Part shown: piece after piece, positions 1 to 10,506 of the stretch
How the letters are laid out: each line of letters begins with the position of its first letter
Numbering within the stretch: position 1 is the stretch's first letter
Assembly (NCBI GenBank): GCA_046538375.1
Contig: JBKHJA010000001.1
Location: 1 to 59,189 of the forward strand
Direction of reading: 5' to 3'
DNA: 59,189 nt
Source: Candidatus Aminicenantes bacterium
GTDB lineage: Bacteria; Acidobacteriota; Aminicenantia; Aminicenantales; Aminicenantaceae
Program-made: the position numbers and the translations under genes
Notes under the pieces: generated by a model
What the model was told of the DNA's origin: nothing
What the model saw: only the letters and a program-made list of their open reading frames with translations
Databases searched by the model: none

Positions 1-253
1 TTTCTTCTGCTTTTTGATCGATTTCGTCAAGGTGAGGAATAATTTTTTCTTTGAAAGGGATGGTCACATTGAGACCGGCAACAGCGGAAGTTCTTATTTT
101 TGCCAACAAATCAGCCAGGGATTCAGGGCTCACAGGATAGGTATGGTAGAAGCAGTTGAGGTTTAAACGCTGGAAATACCGGTTGAAGATCAAGGGAGAG
201 GCGCTGTGGTCAAGATTCTCTCCCATAAGACCGAATAGGATTTTCTCAGCCAT
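1..253 (-). CDS. aroE: shikimate dehydrogenase, N-terminal part only (gene runs off the window start)
   Basis: Not in the ORF track because it is truncated. Reverse-strand ATG at 253..251 reads MAEKILFGLMGENLDHSASPLIFNRYFQRLNLNCFYHTYPV...VAGLNVTIPFKEKIIPHLDEIDQKAEE. This matches the AroE N-terminal signature (G-x-x-x-x-HS-x-SP ... NVT-x-PFK). The start overlaps the aroA stop by 8 nt. Confidence 0.75.
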   Translation of the reverse strand, partial: MAEKILFGLMGENLDHSASPLIFNRYFQRLNLNCFYHTYPVSPESLADLLAKIRTSAVAGLNVTIPFKEKIIPHLDEIDQKAEE

Positions 254-1544
254 TTTCCCATTTCTTTAAGGAGGTATAAAAATGAGGAAAAGAGACGCTG
301 TGGCAGGAAAAACCTTCTATCTCTGTTCCCCCTTCGGCAGCGAGTCCAGCCACAGCCATGGCCATGGCTATCCGGTGGTCTCCGAAGCTTTGAACAGAGG
401 CCCCTTTCAGCTTTTGAGGGCCTTCCACTGTAAAGCCGTCTTTCATCTCGTCTATTTCCACTCCCATTTTTCTTAAATTGCTGACCACAGCGGCAATCCT
501 GTCGCTTTCCTTAACCCTCAGCTCCGATGCGCCCTTGACCACGGTCTTTCCTTTTGCCTGGGTGGCCAGAAGAGAGATCAATGGAATCTCGTCTATCATA
601 GTGGGAATTACATGGTGTTTGATTTCCACACCTTTCAGCATGCTTGAAGAGACCACCAGTGTTCCCACAGGCTCTCCACAGATAACCTTTTCTTCATGAA
701 TGCTGATTTGACCTTTCATTTCTTCAACTATTCTCAAAAACCCGGTGCGGGTGGGATTGAGTCCCACATCGGGAATCACAACATTGGAATTTTCAACCAG
801 CATGGCTGCTGTTATGAAAAAAGAAGCAGAAGAGAAATCTCCAGGAATGATGATTTTTTGACCTTTGAACCTCCGCTCCCCATAAATTTCAATCAGACCA
901 TTTTTTCTCTTTATATCCGCTCCAAAATAACCAAGCATCCTCTCGGTGTGGTCTCTTGAAGGAAGAGACTCTTCAATCTCTGACTTCCCGTGGGCTAAAA
1001 GAGAGGCCAGGATGAGAGATGATTTTAACTGAGCACTGGGAATGGGGATTTTATATTTTATTCCCTTCAGTCTTTGCCCTCTGACAGCCAACGGCAAAAA
1101 GCTTCCGCCGTTTCTTCCATCGATCCAGGCCCCCATCTTTTGAAGAGGTTCAACCACTCTTTTCATGGGTCTTTTTTGAAGGGAAGAGTCTCCAGAGATG
1201 ACAGAGAAAAAATTCTGGCCTGAGAGCAGTCCGGCCAGGAAGCGGGCTGTGGTTCCTGAATTCTGTGCTTCAAGAACTGCCTCAGGTTCCCTGAATCCGT
1301 AGAGGTTTTTCCCCTGGATGGTCACTTTACAGCCTTTTTCTTTCTTGATTTCTGCTCCTATCTCCTGGAGACAGCGGAGTGTGGCCAAGCAGTCACCCGC
1401 CTCAGAAAAATTTGAAATTTCAGTTTCCCCAAGACCCAGGCTGCCGATAAAGGCTGCCCGGTGGGATATAGACTTATCTCCGGGAACAGGAATTTCCCCT
1501 TTGAATCCTCTGCTTTTCTTAACTTGAATTTTCATGTTTTTCAT
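246..1544 (-). CDS. aroA: 3-phosphoshikimate 1-carboxyvinyltransferase (EPSP synthase)
   Basis: 432-aa ORF with the GDKSISHR N-terminal motif, LQKRPM, ELRVKESDR and GDHRIAMA motifs typical of EPSP synthase. Confidence 0.95.
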   Translation of the reverse strand: MKNMKIQVKKSRGFKGEIPVPGDKSISHRAAFIGSLGLGETEISNFSEAGDCLATLRCLQEIGAEIKKEKGCKVTIQGKNLYGFREPEAVLEAQNSGTTARFLAGLLSGQNFFSVISGDSSLQKRPMKRVVEPLQKMGAWIDGRNGGSFLPLAVRGQRLKGIKYKIPIPSAQLKSSLILASLLAHGKSEIEESLPSRDHTERMLGYFGADIKRKNGLIEIYGERRFKGQKIIIPGDFSSASFFITAAMLVENSNVVIPDVGLNPTRTGFLRIVEEMKGQISIHEEKVICGEPVGTLVVSSSMLKGVEIKHHVIPTMIDEIPLISLLATQAKGKTVVKGASELRVKESDRIAAVVSNLRKMGVEIDEMKDGFTVEGPQKLKGASVQSFGDHRIAMAMAVAGLAAEGGTEIEGFSCHSVSFPHFYTSLKKWENG

Positions 1545-2400
1545 TTATTGTGGATTGAAAATTTCTGATGGAACGAAGAAAATCCAGAAGCTCCTCACGG
1601 CGGCCTTGTTTGATAAGTTTCTTTATCCTTTTTAGCCTCTGTGTGAATTCATCCATAATATTTATGATGCGGGAAGAATTCGTTGATAATATCCCTGCGC
1701 CCATCTCCTCATGAGTCAAAGAGAGACGTGCTGCCCCCAGAAAACCGGTGGCTGTTAAATCCTTCCATAAAGAATCTTTTCTGGTAAAATCTCTGGCCAA
1801 AACAGAAAGAGAAAGAGATAAAACATAGGGCAAATGGCTGGTCATAGAAACAAGATCATCATGTTTTTCCTCATCTATTTCATAGGGTGAGGCCCCGATT
1901 TCCTCCAGGATTTTGAACACCATTGGTTTTCCCTCCTGACTTTTTTGGGTGGGAAAGCAGAGGGCAAAGATTTTTTTCTGAAAAAGGCGGGGAGAGGCAG
2001 CTTCAAAGCCTGCTTTTTCTGTTCCGGCCATAGGGTGGCCTCCGATGAGGATTTTTTCTGGATGCTTCCTCATGGCAACACAAATCTTTCTTTTTGTGCT
2101 TCCTGAATCGAGAAGGATGGCTCCCGGTTTCATGCATACGATGATTTTAGGAAGAAGCTCGAGAATGGAGAGCACCGGTGTGGAGAGGAAGATGAAATCC
2201 GCTTCTTTAACCGCCCCTTCAAGATCATGAGTCACATGATCTGCGATTTCTTTGATGTTTGAATTCAACACCACCTCTTTTTTGTCCACCCCGATGATTT
2301 TTTTCCCTATTCCATTCTCTCTTAGAGCCAGGGCAAAAGAGCCGCCAATCTGTCCCACGCCCACCACACAGATGATCAATTCTTCCATTTTTTCCATCAT
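1519..2400 (-). CDS. tyrA: prephenate (or arogenate) dehydrogenase
   Basis: 293-aa ORF with an N-terminal Rossmann motif VGVGQIGGS and the GGHPMAG catalytic-His motif. It overlaps the aroA start by 26 nt. Substrate (prephenate vs arogenate) cannot be told from sequence alone. Confidence 0.85.
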   Translation of the reverse strand: MMEKMEELIICVVGVGQIGGSFALALRENGIGKKIIGVDKKEVVLNSNIKEIADHVTHDLEGAVKEADFIFLSTPVLSILELLPKIIVCMKPGAILLDSGSTKRKICVAMRKHPEKILIGGHPMAGTEKAGFEAASPRLFQKKIFALCFPTQKSQEGKPMVFKILEEIGASPYEIDEEKHDDLVSMTSHLPYVLSLSLSVLARDFTRKDSLWKDLTATGFLGAARLSLTHEEMGAGILSTNSSRIINIMDEFTQRLKRIKKLIKQGRREELLDFLRSIRNFQSTINEKHENSS

Positions 2401-3410
2401 ATCTTCCTTTTCACTGCCCCGGTTAAAGGTTTCAGCTCATCCATCATTCGTTTGAATTCCTGTAAATTCAGGCTTTGAGGGCCATCACTCATAGCTTTTT
2501 CCGGGCAGGGATGGACTTCCACTAAAAGGGCATCTGCTCCAGCGGCCACAGCTGCTTTGGAAGCAGGAATGACCAAAGATCTGAGTCCTGTGCCGTGGCT
2601 GGGATCAATACAGACGGGCAGATGGGAAAGCTGATGGAGGAGGGGAATGGCTGTCAGATCAAGGGTGTTCCGGGTGTATTTCTCGAAAGTTCTGATCCCT
2701 CTCTCACAGAGAATGACCCGGGAATTGCCGTTAGAAAGAATATATTCGGCGGCCATCAGAAATTCTTCCAGTGTGGACATCATCCCCCTTTTCAAAAGGA
2801 CAGGTTTTTTGGATTTGCCCACCGCCTCAAGAAGAGCATAGTTCTGCATGTTTCTGGTTCCCACCTGGAAAATATCAGCGACTTCTCCCACTAAATGCAG
2901 GTGTTCAGGTGCCATCACTTCGGTGACCACCGGAAGACCGAATTTGCTTTTTGCCTCCAGAAGAAACTCCAGGCCTTTTTCCTTAAGGCCCTGAAAACTG
3001 TAGGGAGAAGTCCGGGGTTTAAAGGCTCCCCCCCTTAAAATCTTTGCTCCAGCTTCCTGAACTGCCTGGGCTGTTTCCAATATCTGCTCCCTGCTTTCTA
3101 TGGCACAGGGCCCCGCTATTACCACCACCATTTCATCTCCTACACTGACACCGTCTATGCGGAAAACACTCTTCTGGGGCTTGAATTCTCTGCTGGCCAG
3201 CTTAAAGGGTTTTAAGATAGGTATGACATTCTCCACTCCCGGAAAGACTTTAAAATGCTCAGGAAGCACCTGTCTTCCGTTTCCGATCAACCCGATGATG
3301 GTCCTTTCTTTTCCCTTGGAGAGGTGAGCTTTGAATCCCAGCTTCTTCACTTCCTTAAGGATGGTGGAAAATTGTTTGAGGGTGTGTTGAGTTTTCATCA
3401 CGATTATCAT
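2397..3410 (-). CDS. aroF: 3-deoxy-7-phosphoheptulonate (DAHP) synthase, type I-beta with N-terminal regulatory extension
   Basis: 337-aa ORF. The catalytic part has [21 protein letters not shown] and CIDPSHG motifs of the KDO8PS-like DAHPS class. The first ~75 aa ([39 protein letters not shown]) look like the ferredoxin-like regulatory domain of Thermotoga-type enzymes. Confidence 0.9.
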   Translation of the reverse strand: MIIVMKTQHTLKQFSTILKEVKKLGFKAHLSKGKERTIIGLIGNGRQVLPEHFKVFPGVENVIPILKPFKLASREFKPQKSVFRIDGVSVGDEMVVVIAGPCAIESREQILETAQAVQEAGAKILRGGAFKPRTSPYSFQGLKEKGLEFLLEAKSKFGLPVVTEVMAPEHLHLVGEVADIFQVGTRNMQNYALLEAVGKSKKPVLLKRGMMSTLEEFLMAAEYILSNGNSRVILCERGIRTFEKYTRNTLDLTAIPLLHQLSHLPVCIDPSHGTGLRSLVIPASKAAVAAGADALLVEVHPCPEKAMSDGPQSLNLQEFKRMMDELKPLTGAVKRKI

Positions 3411-3412
3411 TT

Positions 3413-3796
3413 TTATTCTCCTGTGAGGTCTGGTCTGAATTGGACGGTTGGACCCAAATATTGATGTTTGATCTCCTCATGCCTTTTAGGCAAATAAGCA
3501 TGCACCATGACCCTTATGATCCTGTTCAAGGCTTTGGGGACATCCATTTCCTGAGCGCACAGCACAGGAATGTATTTCCACCCCATCTCTCTCAAGATGT
3601 AGGCAGGGAACTCGGCATCAATATCAGGCGTGGCTGTGAAGAATACGCTCACCATATCCTCCTTCTTTATATGGTTTTCCGAGATGATTTTTGTCATAAG
3701 CTCTCTGGCCGCTTTCAAAATGAGCTGTTTTTCATTCCTTTTCACCTGAATAGCTCCCCTTATTCCCCTCAACCAGACTTTTTTTCTTTCGTCCAT
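3413..3796 (-). CDS. aroH: monofunctional chorismate mutase, AroH class
   Basis: 127-aa [13 protein letters not shown] ... [15 protein letters not shown] ... [14 protein letters not shown] is the B. subtilis AroH-type pattern. Its start shares one nucleotide with the trpA stop. Confidence 0.85.
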   Translation of the reverse strand: MDERKKVWLRGIRGAIQVKRNEKQLILKAARELMTKIISENHIKKEDMVSVFFTATPDIDAEFPAYILREMGWKYIPVLCAQEMDVPKALNRIIRVMVHAYLPKRHEEIKHQYLGPTVQFRPDLTGE

Positions 3797-4587
3797 CAGA
3801 TGACCCTCCTCATTTCTTTCAGGAAGTTTTCTACTTCCAGTGGGACGTGCTTCTCCTTTTCTCTCCCTTTGACCAGGTTGATCAAGGCGCTTCCCACAAT
3901 AATCCCGTCCGAAAATTCTGCCGCCTTTTCAGCTTGATGGGGACTGGATATGCCAAATCCCACACACAGAGGCTTTGAAGTGATTTTCTTAACTCTGCGG
4001 ATGTGGCTGAATAAATCCTCAGAAAGTCTTTCCCTGATACCTGTTACTCCTGTGAGGGAGACAAGATAGATGAACCCCTGTGAATGGCGGCAGATTTCTG
4101 TTAATCTCAGAGAACCTGTGGTGGGGGCAGCAATGGAGATCAGATCTATGTCATGAGCAGAGAGAGCTTCCTTCAGGAAGAAGCTTTCTTCCAAAGGAAG
4201 GTCGGGGACGATCACTCCCTCGATTTTGGCTTCATTTATTTCTCTTGCAAAATTTTCCACTCCTCTCTGGAGGATAGGATTGAAATAAGACATTAAAATG
4301 AGAGAGGCGCTCAAGCTGCCTTCAAGGCGGGTGATTTCCTCTAGGAACAGAGAAAAATCAAATCCGTTTCTCAAAGCCCACTGGCTGGAGTATTGAATCA
4401 TTTTCCCGTCTGCAAGAGGATCGGAAAAAGGAATCCCCAGCTCGATGCAATCTGCCCCTGCATCATCTGCTCTTTTCAGAAGTTCTCTGAACAGCTCCTT
4501 AGAAGGATAGAGAGCAGTGAAAAACGGGATCAGAGCTTTTCTCCCCTGAGAAAGAAGAATCTTGAATTTTACCCCTATTTTACCCAA
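3796..4587 (-). CDS. trpA: tryptophan synthase alpha chain
   Basis: 263-aa ORF with [13 protein letters not shown] and GFGIS motifs. It lies immediately downstream of trpB with an 8-nt overlap. Confidence 0.95.
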   Translation of the reverse strand: MGKIGVKFKILLSQGRKALIPFFTALYPSKELFRELLKRADDAGADCIELGIPFSDPLADGKMIQYSSQWALRNGFDFSLFLEEITRLEGSLSASLILMSYFNPILQRGVENFAREINEAKIEGVIVPDLPLEESFFLKEALSAHDIDLISIAAPTTGSLRLTEICRHSQGFIYLVSLTGVTGIRERLSEDLFSHIRRVKKITSKPLCVGFGISSPHQAEKAAEFSDGIIVGSALINLVKGREKEKHVPLEVENFLKEMRRVI

Positions 4588-5767
4588 GTCCGGCTCCTTT
4601 CTTTTTTATAATATCCAGGTCTTTATCTCCTCTTCCTGAGAGATTGACCACCACAACGCTTTGGGAGTTTAGTGAGGAGGCTAATCTTTGGAGGCAGGCC
4701 AGAGCGTGGGCTGGCTCCAGAGCAGGTATGATGCCCTCCAGCTTGGATAATTCCCAGAATGCCTCCAAAGCCTCCTCATCACTCACTCCTTCGATTTTTA
4801 TTCGATGGCTGTCTCTTAAACAGCTCAATTCCGGGCCCACTCCTGGATAGTCGAGTCCAGCAGATACGGAATGAGTGGGCAGGATTTGACCTTCTTCATC
4901 CTGAAGGAGATAGGAATAGGTGCCGTGAAGAACACCTGGTTTCCCCTTTGATAGTGTGGCTGAGTGTTCACCCGGATTCAATCCCCTGCCGCCTGCTTCT
5001 GCACCGATCAGATTGACCTGCTTATGTTCCAGAAAGGGATAAAAGAGTCCCATAGAATTAGACCCTCCTCCCACACAGGCGACCAGAAAATCAGGCAGTC
5101 TTCCTTCCAGGGAGAGGATTTGTCTTTTTACTTCCCCCCCGATAACAGACTGAAAATCTCTGACCATAAGAGGATAAGGGTGGGGTCCGACCACAGAACC
5201 CAGCAGATAGTGTGTTGTTTGGACATTGGTGACCCAGTCTCTGATAGCCTCATTGATGGCTTCCTTTAAAGTTCTCTCACCAGAAGTGACTTTTTTTATA
5301 CCCGCGCCCAATATTTCCATTCTCATCTGATTGGGGGCCTGCCTGATAAAATCGAATTCTCCCATGTAGATGACACATTCCATCCCCAACAGGGCGCAGA
5401 CAGCCGCTGCGGCCACTCCGTGCTGACCTGCTCCTGTCTCAGCCACAATCCTCTTTTTTCCCATCCTCCGGGCCAGGAGGGCCTGCCCCATACAGTTGTT
5501 GATCTTATGGGCGCCGGTGTGACAGAGGTCTTCTCTCTTGAGATATATCCGGCATCCATATTTTTGGCTTAAGTTATGGGCAAAATAGAGGGGAGTAGGC
5601 CGCCCCACATAATGATTGAGACAATGGTGAAATTCTTTTTGAAAAGAGAAATCCGCTTTTGCCTGCACATATGCTTTCTCCAGCTCGATAAGATTCTCCA
5701 TCAGGGTTTCAGGAACGAATCTCCCTCCATAGCTGCCAAATTTGCCTAAGTTCTCAGAGCATCCCAT
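4580..5767 (-). CDS. trpB: tryptophan synthase beta chain
   Basis: 395-aa ORF with the PLP-lysine motif [14 protein letters not shown], and [11 protein letters not shown] near the C-terminus. Confidence 0.97.
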   Translation of the reverse strand: MGCSENLGKFGSYGGRFVPETLMENLIELEKAYVQAKADFSFQKEFHHCLNHYVGRPTPLYFAHNLSQKYGCRIYLKREDLCHTGAHKINNCMGQALLARRMGKKRIVAETGAGQHGVAAAAVCALLGMECVIYMGEFDFIRQAPNQMRMEILGAGIKKVTSGERTLKEAINEAIRDWVTNVQTTHYLLGSVVGPHPYPLMVRDFQSVIGGEVKRQILSLEGRLPDFLVACVGGGSNSMGLFYPFLEHKQVNLIGAEAGGRGLNPGEHSATLSKGKPGVLHGTYSYLLQDEEGQILPTHSVSAGLDYPGVGPELSCLRDSHRIKIEGVSDEEALEAFWELSKLEGIIPALEPAHALACLQRLASSLNSQSVVVVNLSGRGDKDLDIIKKKGAGLG

Positions 5768-6360
5768 GTTCTCACCTTTAAAATAAATTCTTTCAGCCTC
5801 TCCGGGCTTTTGGTGCCCTCCGCCTGCTCTACTCCCCGGCAGACATCCACCCCGAAAGGGGTTATGTTTTGGAGCACTGTTTCAATATTTTCAGGGTTCA
5901 ATCCACCGGCCAACATGAACTTACCCCATTTTTTGGCTTTCTCAACCATTTGCCAATCCGGATGGATTTTGTTTCCGCTGCCTTTAGGAAGGTCGAGCAT
6001 AAAAAAAGGAAGAGAGAAATTTTTGATTTCTTCCATAACATGCCTTCTGTTTATCTCGAAAACCTTTATGGCTCTTGGGCCGAATTCTCTGATGTAGGTT
6101 TTGTCTTCTTCTCCGTGGAACTGCGCATAGTCCAGGAAACAGTGGTTTATGATTTCTTTGACCAGAGTAACCTCATCATTCTTGAACACTCCCACTTTGT
6201 GGATGAGAGGAGGAAGTGAGGATATGATTTCCCTCGCTTTCTGGGGTGAAATGCGGCGGGGACTCGGTGTAAAAATGAAGCCAACAGCATCAGCTCCTAG
6301 GTCAGCCGCCAAAAGAGCATCTTCCATGTTTGTGATTCCACAGATTTTTATCCTTGTCAT
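5746..6360 (-). CDS. trpF: phosphoribosylanthranilate isomerase
   Basis: The ORF track gives 5746..6381. I place the start at ATG 6360 ([10 protein letters not shown]...) because plus-strand tcat at 6357-6360 forms an ATGA stop/start overlap with trpC. KICGIT and GGLNPENI...GVDVCRGVE motifs are present. Confidence 0.9.
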   Translation of the reverse strand: MTRIKICGITNMEDALLAADLGADAVGFIFTPSPRRISPQKAREIISSLPPLIHKVGVFKNDEVTLVKEIINHCFLDYAQFHGEEDKTYIREFGPRAIKVFEINRRHVMEEIKNFSLPFFMLDLPKGSGNKIHPDWQMVEKAKKWGKFMLAGGLNPENIETVLQNITPFGVDVCRGVEQAEGTKSPERLKEFILKVRTWDALRT

Positions 6361-7154
6361 TTTTCCCTCAATACAGAACAAAATCTCTTTAACACATCTT
6401 CCGGATGGGAAGCAGTCACCAGTGCTTCTCCTATAAGAAAACCATTGACTCTGAATTCATGGTAGGATGACAGATCATCCTCATCTCTTAAGCCGCTTTC
6501 CACAATCTTTATTCTTGAATCAGGAATCAAAGGCAGAAGACTTTTAGATGTGTTGAGATCAACCCGCAAAGTCCTCAGATCCCGATTGTTGATTCCTATG
6601 ATTTTTGCCTCTGCCTCCAGCGCCTTTTCGAGTTCATCCTGGGTGTTGATCTCGACCACAGCTTCCATCCCTTGCTCAGCCACAACATTCAAGAACTTTT
6701 TTAGCTTCTTTGGGCCAAGCAGGGAGGCGATCAGGAGAACAGCATCTGCTCCTGATTCTCTTGATTCTAAAATCTGATACTCATCGATGATGAAGTCTTT
6801 TCTCAACACAGGGATATGAACGCAGTTTTTTATGGTCCGAAGGTCCTTTAGGCTGCCGTGAAAGTAGCCCTCCTCGGTTACCACCGAGATGGCAGAAGCG
6901 CCGTATTCCTGGTATATGGAGGCTAATTTCTTGATCCTGCCTCCAGAAAGAAAGGCTCCCTTTGAAGGCGAGGCCCTTTTGATTTCAGCAATGATGGTCC
7001 TTCTGCCAACAAGAGAGTGGGAAAGCGAAGAACATGGAGGAGAATTTTGAACTCTGCGCCACAGCGCAGAAAAAGAGAGGGACTTCTGCTTCTCTTCCCA
7101 TTCTTTTCTTTTATGCGCCAGGATGATTTCTAAAAAATCAGACATTTTCTTCAC
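6357..7154 (-). CDS. trpC: indole-3-glycerol phosphate synthase
   Basis: 265-aa ORF with EIKRASPSKG, VLRKDFI and GINNRDL motifs. Confidence 0.95.
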   Translation of the reverse strand: MKKMSDFLEIILAHKRKEWEEKQKSLSFSALWRRVQNSPPCSSLSHSLVGRRTIIAEIKRASPSKGAFLSGGRIKKLASIYQEYGASAISVVTEEGYFHGSLKDLRTIKNCVHIPVLRKDFIIDEYQILESRESGADAVLLIASLLGPKKLKKFLNVVAEQGMEAVVEINTQDELEKALEAEAKIIGINNRDLRTLRVDLNTSKSLLPLIPDSRIKIVESGLRDEDDLSSYHEFRVNGFLIGEALVTASHPEDVLKRFCSVLREK

Positions 7155-7161
7155 TTTCTTA

Positions 7162-8202
7162 CTAAAAGGGGGACTGTCTTTCTTTTGCGCTTTCCTCCTT
7201 GGTGAATGAAAGAAAACCAGAAAATAAACTGGTGGCCTTTCCCGAATCGATGGAATCTCTGGCCATTTCTATTCCTTCCTTGATATCTCTGGCTTGTCCT
7301 GAGACAAAAATTGCTGCCCCGGAATTCAGCAGAGCGATATCTCTTTCCGGCCCTTCTTCCCCTTTCAAAACTTTATGAAGAATCCGAACGTTCTCCTCCA
7401 CAGAGAAAGCCCTGATTTTTTCCAGTTTTCTGTATTTGAATTGATAATCCTGGGGGACAATCTCCGTTTCCTCAATGCTTCCGTTTGTCACAAGGAAACC
7501 TTTGGTGGGCGCACTTATGGAGATTTCATCCAGTCCGTCTGAGGAATACACCACCAATGCCTTTTCTGTCCCTAAAAGAGCCAAAGCCTTGGATACGGGA
7601 CATAACAGGTCTTCGGAGTAAACGCCCAACAGCTGTCTTTTTACCCTCAGCGGATTCGCCAGGGGGCCGATGATATTGAATAGAGTCCTCACTCCAATCT
7701 CTCTTCTTGGCTGAAGAGCATATTTCATGGCTGGATGGAAGAGAGGGGCATAAATGAAACCGAAGCCAAGCTCATCGATGGCCAAAGCGACTTTTTGAGG
7801 AGGAAGAGCAAGGTCCACTCCCATGGCTTCTAAAAGGTCAGCGCTTCCGCATCGGCTGGAGACGGAGCGGTTGCCGTGTTTGGCAATATTGAGGCCAGCA
7901 CCGGCTGCGATAATAGAGGAAACTGTGGAAATATTGAATGTGGAATGCCCGTCGCCCCCAGTGCCGCACAAATCTATCAAATCTTGCCTCCGTGTTTCAA
8001 CACCAACCGCCTTTTTCAGAATTCCTTTAGTCCCTCCGATGATCTCCTCCACACACTCACCCTTCATCTTGAGTGCGATTAAATAAGCCGCTATTTGGGC
8101 GGAACTGCAGCTTCCGGACATGATTTCAGCCATCACTTCTTCTGTTTCAGTTGAGTTTAAGTCCCTTCCCTGGGAAAGGGCAGATATGGCCTGTTTAATC
8201 AT
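7162..8202 (-). CDS. trpD: anthranilate phosphoribosyltransferase
   Basis: 346-aa ORF with CGTGGDGHSTFNIST, KHGNRSVSS and LGPLANP motifs. Confidence 0.95.
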   Translation of the reverse strand: MIKQAISALSQGRDLNSTETEEVMAEIMSGSCSSAQIAAYLIALKMKGECVEEIIGGTKGILKKAVGVETRRQDLIDLCGTGGDGHSTFNISTVSSIIAAGAGLNIAKHGNRSVSSRCGSADLLEAMGVDLALPPQKVALAIDELGFGFIYAPLFHPAMKYALQPRREIGVRTLFNIIGPLANPLRVKRQLLGVYSEDLLCPVSKALALLGTEKALVVYSSDGLDEISISAPTKGFLVTNGSIEETEIVPQDYQFKYRKLEKIRAFSVEENVRILHKVLKGEEGPERDIALLNSGAAIFVSGQARDIKEGIEMARDSIDSGKATSLFSGFLSFTKEESAKERQSPF

Positions 8203-8773
8203 CCCTTCCTCCTGTTTGAAGAAAATTCCTTAAGATTTTCATCCCCTCTTCGGTGAGAAAGGACTCAGGATGGAACTGAACTCCTTCCACTTTTTTTCCG
8301 TTTAATCTTAAGCCCATGATTTCTCCATCCTCCGTGTAAGAAGAAATCTCAAGACAACCTGGAAGTGATCCCTCCTCCACAATAAGGGAATGGTAGCGGG
8401 TGGCTGAAAAAGGATTGCTCACTCCCTCATATATGGTTTTTTCATCGTGGTATATTTTTGATAATTTCCCGTGCATGAGCTTTTCCGCTCTCTTGATCTT
8501 TCCTCCATAAGCGTAAGCAATGCATTGATGTCCCAGGCACACTCCCAAAACAGGAATACGGTCTGAAAAAAATCTAATAAGCTGGCTGGAGAGGCCGGCT
8601 TCTTTTGGACTTTTAGGCCCCGGTGAGATGACCAGAAAATCAGGCGACAGCTCTTCAGCTTCTTTCAAAGTGATTTGATCATTCCTTTTGACCATCACCT
8701 CTTCACCAATTTCCATAAAGGCCTGAGCCAGGTTAAAAACAAAAGAATCATAGTTATCTATCAGCAGGATCAT
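8195..8773 (-). CDS. trpG: anthranilate synthase component II (glutamine amidotransferase)
   Basis: 192-aa ORF with the class-I GATase triad context GVCLGHQ ... VQFHPES. It sits between trpE and trpD. Confidence 0.92.
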   Translation of the reverse strand: MILLIDNYDSFVFNLAQAFMEIGEEVMVKRNDQITLKEAEELSPDFLVISPGPKSPKEAGLSSQLIRFFSDRIPVLGVCLGHQCIAYAYGGKIKRAEKLMHGKLSKIYHDEKTIYEGVSNPFSATRYHSLIVEEGSLPGCLEISSYTEDGEIMGLRLNGKKVEGVQFHPESFLTEEGMKILRNFLQTGGRDD

Positions 8774-10178
8774 GTTCTTCCTCCGCAGCCATTTTTACGG
8801 CCTGGTAAAGACCTCTCATCTTGCTCAATGTCTCCTGGTATTCCATGGAAGGAATGGAATCAGCCACGATTCCTGCTCCGGCCTGAAGGTAGTATTTTCC
8901 TTTCTGATGGATGATCATCCGGATAGCAATGCACATATCCATATTTCCGTCTAAACCGAAATAGCCAACCGCCCCTGCATAGGGGCCTCTTCTTGTTCTT
9001 TCCAGCTCCTCGATGATTTCCATAGCCCTGATTTTAGGAGCGCCCGTGACCGTGCCGGCCGGAAAAGCGGCTGCGAAGAGATCCAGAGCATCAAAACGAG
9101 GATCTAACCTGCCTCTTACTTCTGAGACCAGATGCATCACATGGGAGTATTTTTCCAAATTCATTTTTTGCTCGATTCTTATGGTGCGAGGCACACAGAC
9201 TTTTCCCAGGTCATTCCTTGCCAGGTCCACCAGCATCACGTGTTCGGCTTTTTCTTTCTCGCTTCCAAATAGCTCCTCTGCCAATCGGCTGTCTTCCCGG
9301 GGGTTCCTTCCTCTGGGCCGGGTGCCGGCTATAGGATGGAGAGAAGCCCTTGTATTGGTTAGCCTGACCAGAGCTTCAGGCGAGGAACCCACCAGTTGAA
9401 AGGAATCGAAATCTAAACAGAACATATATGGAGACGGATTGATCATCCGAAGCTTTCTGTAAGTCTGGAAAGGGGAGGCTGGAGTTTTACCTGAAAACCG
9501 TTGGGAGAGGACCACTTGAAGAATGTCTCCCTCCAGAATATATTCCTTGGCTTTCTCCACCGCCTTCTCGAATTCTCTCTCCTTGAAGTTTGGTCGGGGC
9601 TTCTTGAGTTGGAATTTCTGTTGAGGTTCCTTTTTCCTGGTTAAAGGGGCCTTTATCGCCCGGACGATTCTCTCTATCCTGTTCAAAGTGGTCTGTTTTT
9701 CTTCATTTGATCCTTTCAAGGCAATAATCTTGGCTCTGTGCTTAAGATGGTCAAAGACCAATATCTCTTTGACCAGGTAAAGAATGCCCTCGGGCAGGTC
9801 AAGCTCAGAGGCCAGATGATAGGGAAGGATTTCTAAATGACGGACCAAATCGTAGCTCAAATAGCCTACCCAGCCGCCCAGAAAAGGAGGTAGTTCTTGA
9901 CTGCTTTTGACTTTACAGGAAAAGAGTATCTGCCGGACCTTTTGTAGGAAATTCTGCCTCTGGAAAGAGATCTCCTGGCCGTCCAGGATCATCTTTTTTT
10001 TGTTGATTATCAGGGTAGAAGAAGGATTGAGTCCTATGAAAGAGTAGCGGCCAAGCTTTTCTCCTTTTTCCACACTTTCCAGAAGGAATTTGGCTCCAAC
10101 TGTCTGCAGCTTAAGGAAAGCTGAGACAGGAGTGTCCAGGTCCACTCCGATTTCTCTCCATACAGGAAAAAGCTTCAT
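8754..10178 (-). CDS. trpE: anthranilate synthase component I
   Basis: FLLESVE...GRYSF N-terminal motif and C-terminal chorismate-binding motifs GTVTGAPKIRAMEII and GPYAGAVGYF. The ORF track starts at 10220 (GTG), but those codons lie inside the attenuator terminator hairpin. I use ATG 10178 (MKLFPVWREIG...). ATG 10196 is an alternative. Confidence 0.93.
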   Translation of the reverse strand: MKLFPVWREIGVDLDTPVSAFLKLQTVGAKFLLESVEKGEKLGRYSFIGLNPSSTLIINKKKMILDGQEISFQRQNFLQKVRQILFSCKVKSSQELPPFLGGWVGYLSYDLVRHLEILPYHLASELDLPEGILYLVKEILVFDHLKHRAKIIALKGSNEEKQTTLNRIERIVRAIKAPLTRKKEPQQKFQLKKPRPNFKEREFEKAVEKAKEYILEGDILQVVLSQRFSGKTPASPFQTYRKLRMINPSPYMFCLDFDSFQLVGSSPEALVRLTNTRASLHPIAGTRPRGRNPREDSRLAEELFGSEKEKAEHVMLVDLARNDLGKVCVPRTIRIEQKMNLEKYSHVMHLVSEVRGRLDPRFDALDLFAAAFPAGTVTGAPKIRAMEIIEELERTRRGPYAGAVGYFGLDGNMDMCIAIRMIIHQKGKYYLQAGAGIVADSIPSMEYQETLSKMRGLYQAVKMAAEEEHDPADR

Positions 10179-10204
10179 GTTTTCTATCCTTTCCATCCTC
10201 CTGA

Positions 10205-10250
10205 ATAAAAAAAGACCCACTCATTCTCTGGGAATTGAGTGGGTCTTTTT
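10205..10250 (-). terminator. intrinsic terminator of the trp/aro leader (attenuator segments 3:4)
   Basis: The minus strand reads AAAAAGACCCACTCA-ATTCCCAGAGAA-TGAGTGGGTCTTTTTTT. This is a 10-bp GC-rich stem extendable by A:U pairs, followed by a U7 tract. It sits between the leader peptide stop (10289) and the trpE ribosome-binding site AGGAGG. Confidence 0.8.
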
Positions 10251-10288
10251 AGATTCTTATTTGGAGGGTTACGAAAGGGACAGTATCT

Positions 10289-10375
10289 TTACAGACCCAC
10301 CCTTGTGTACCACCAGTAATAGTAGCAAGAGCGGGTCTTTATGGTTATTTTTCTTTCAGCCCTTTCGTTTTTCAT
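10289..10375 (-). CDS. aromatic (Trp/Tyr) operon leader peptide, 28 codons
   Basis: ATG at 10375 gives MKNERAERKITIKTRSCYYYWWYTRVGL-stop. It has six consecutive aromatic codons including tandem UGG UGG (10315..10310). It is followed by alternative pairing segments and a terminator. It is the 3' part of the 74-aa ORF 10289..10513 in the track. Confidence 0.7.
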   Translation of the reverse strand: MKNERAERKITIKTRSCYYYWWYTRVGL

Positions 10376-10382
10376 CTGTCTC

Positions 10383-10410
10383 ATTATAGTGGGACAAGAA
10401 TATTTGTCAA
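10383..10410 (-). promoter_or_regulatory. sigma-70-type promoter of the trp/aro supraoperon
   Basis: The minus strand has TTGACA (10410..10405), a 16-nt spacer, then TATAAT (10388..10383). The leader-peptide ATG begins 8 nt after the -10 hexamer. Confidence 0.55.
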
Positions 10411-10506
10411 GTTTTTTATGAGAAAAAATGAAGTATAGGAAGCATCTTTTTAATCCGGAAAAAAAGATGTTTACTGAAGCATAAAATTTCGGAAAAAAAA
10501 TTCCGC

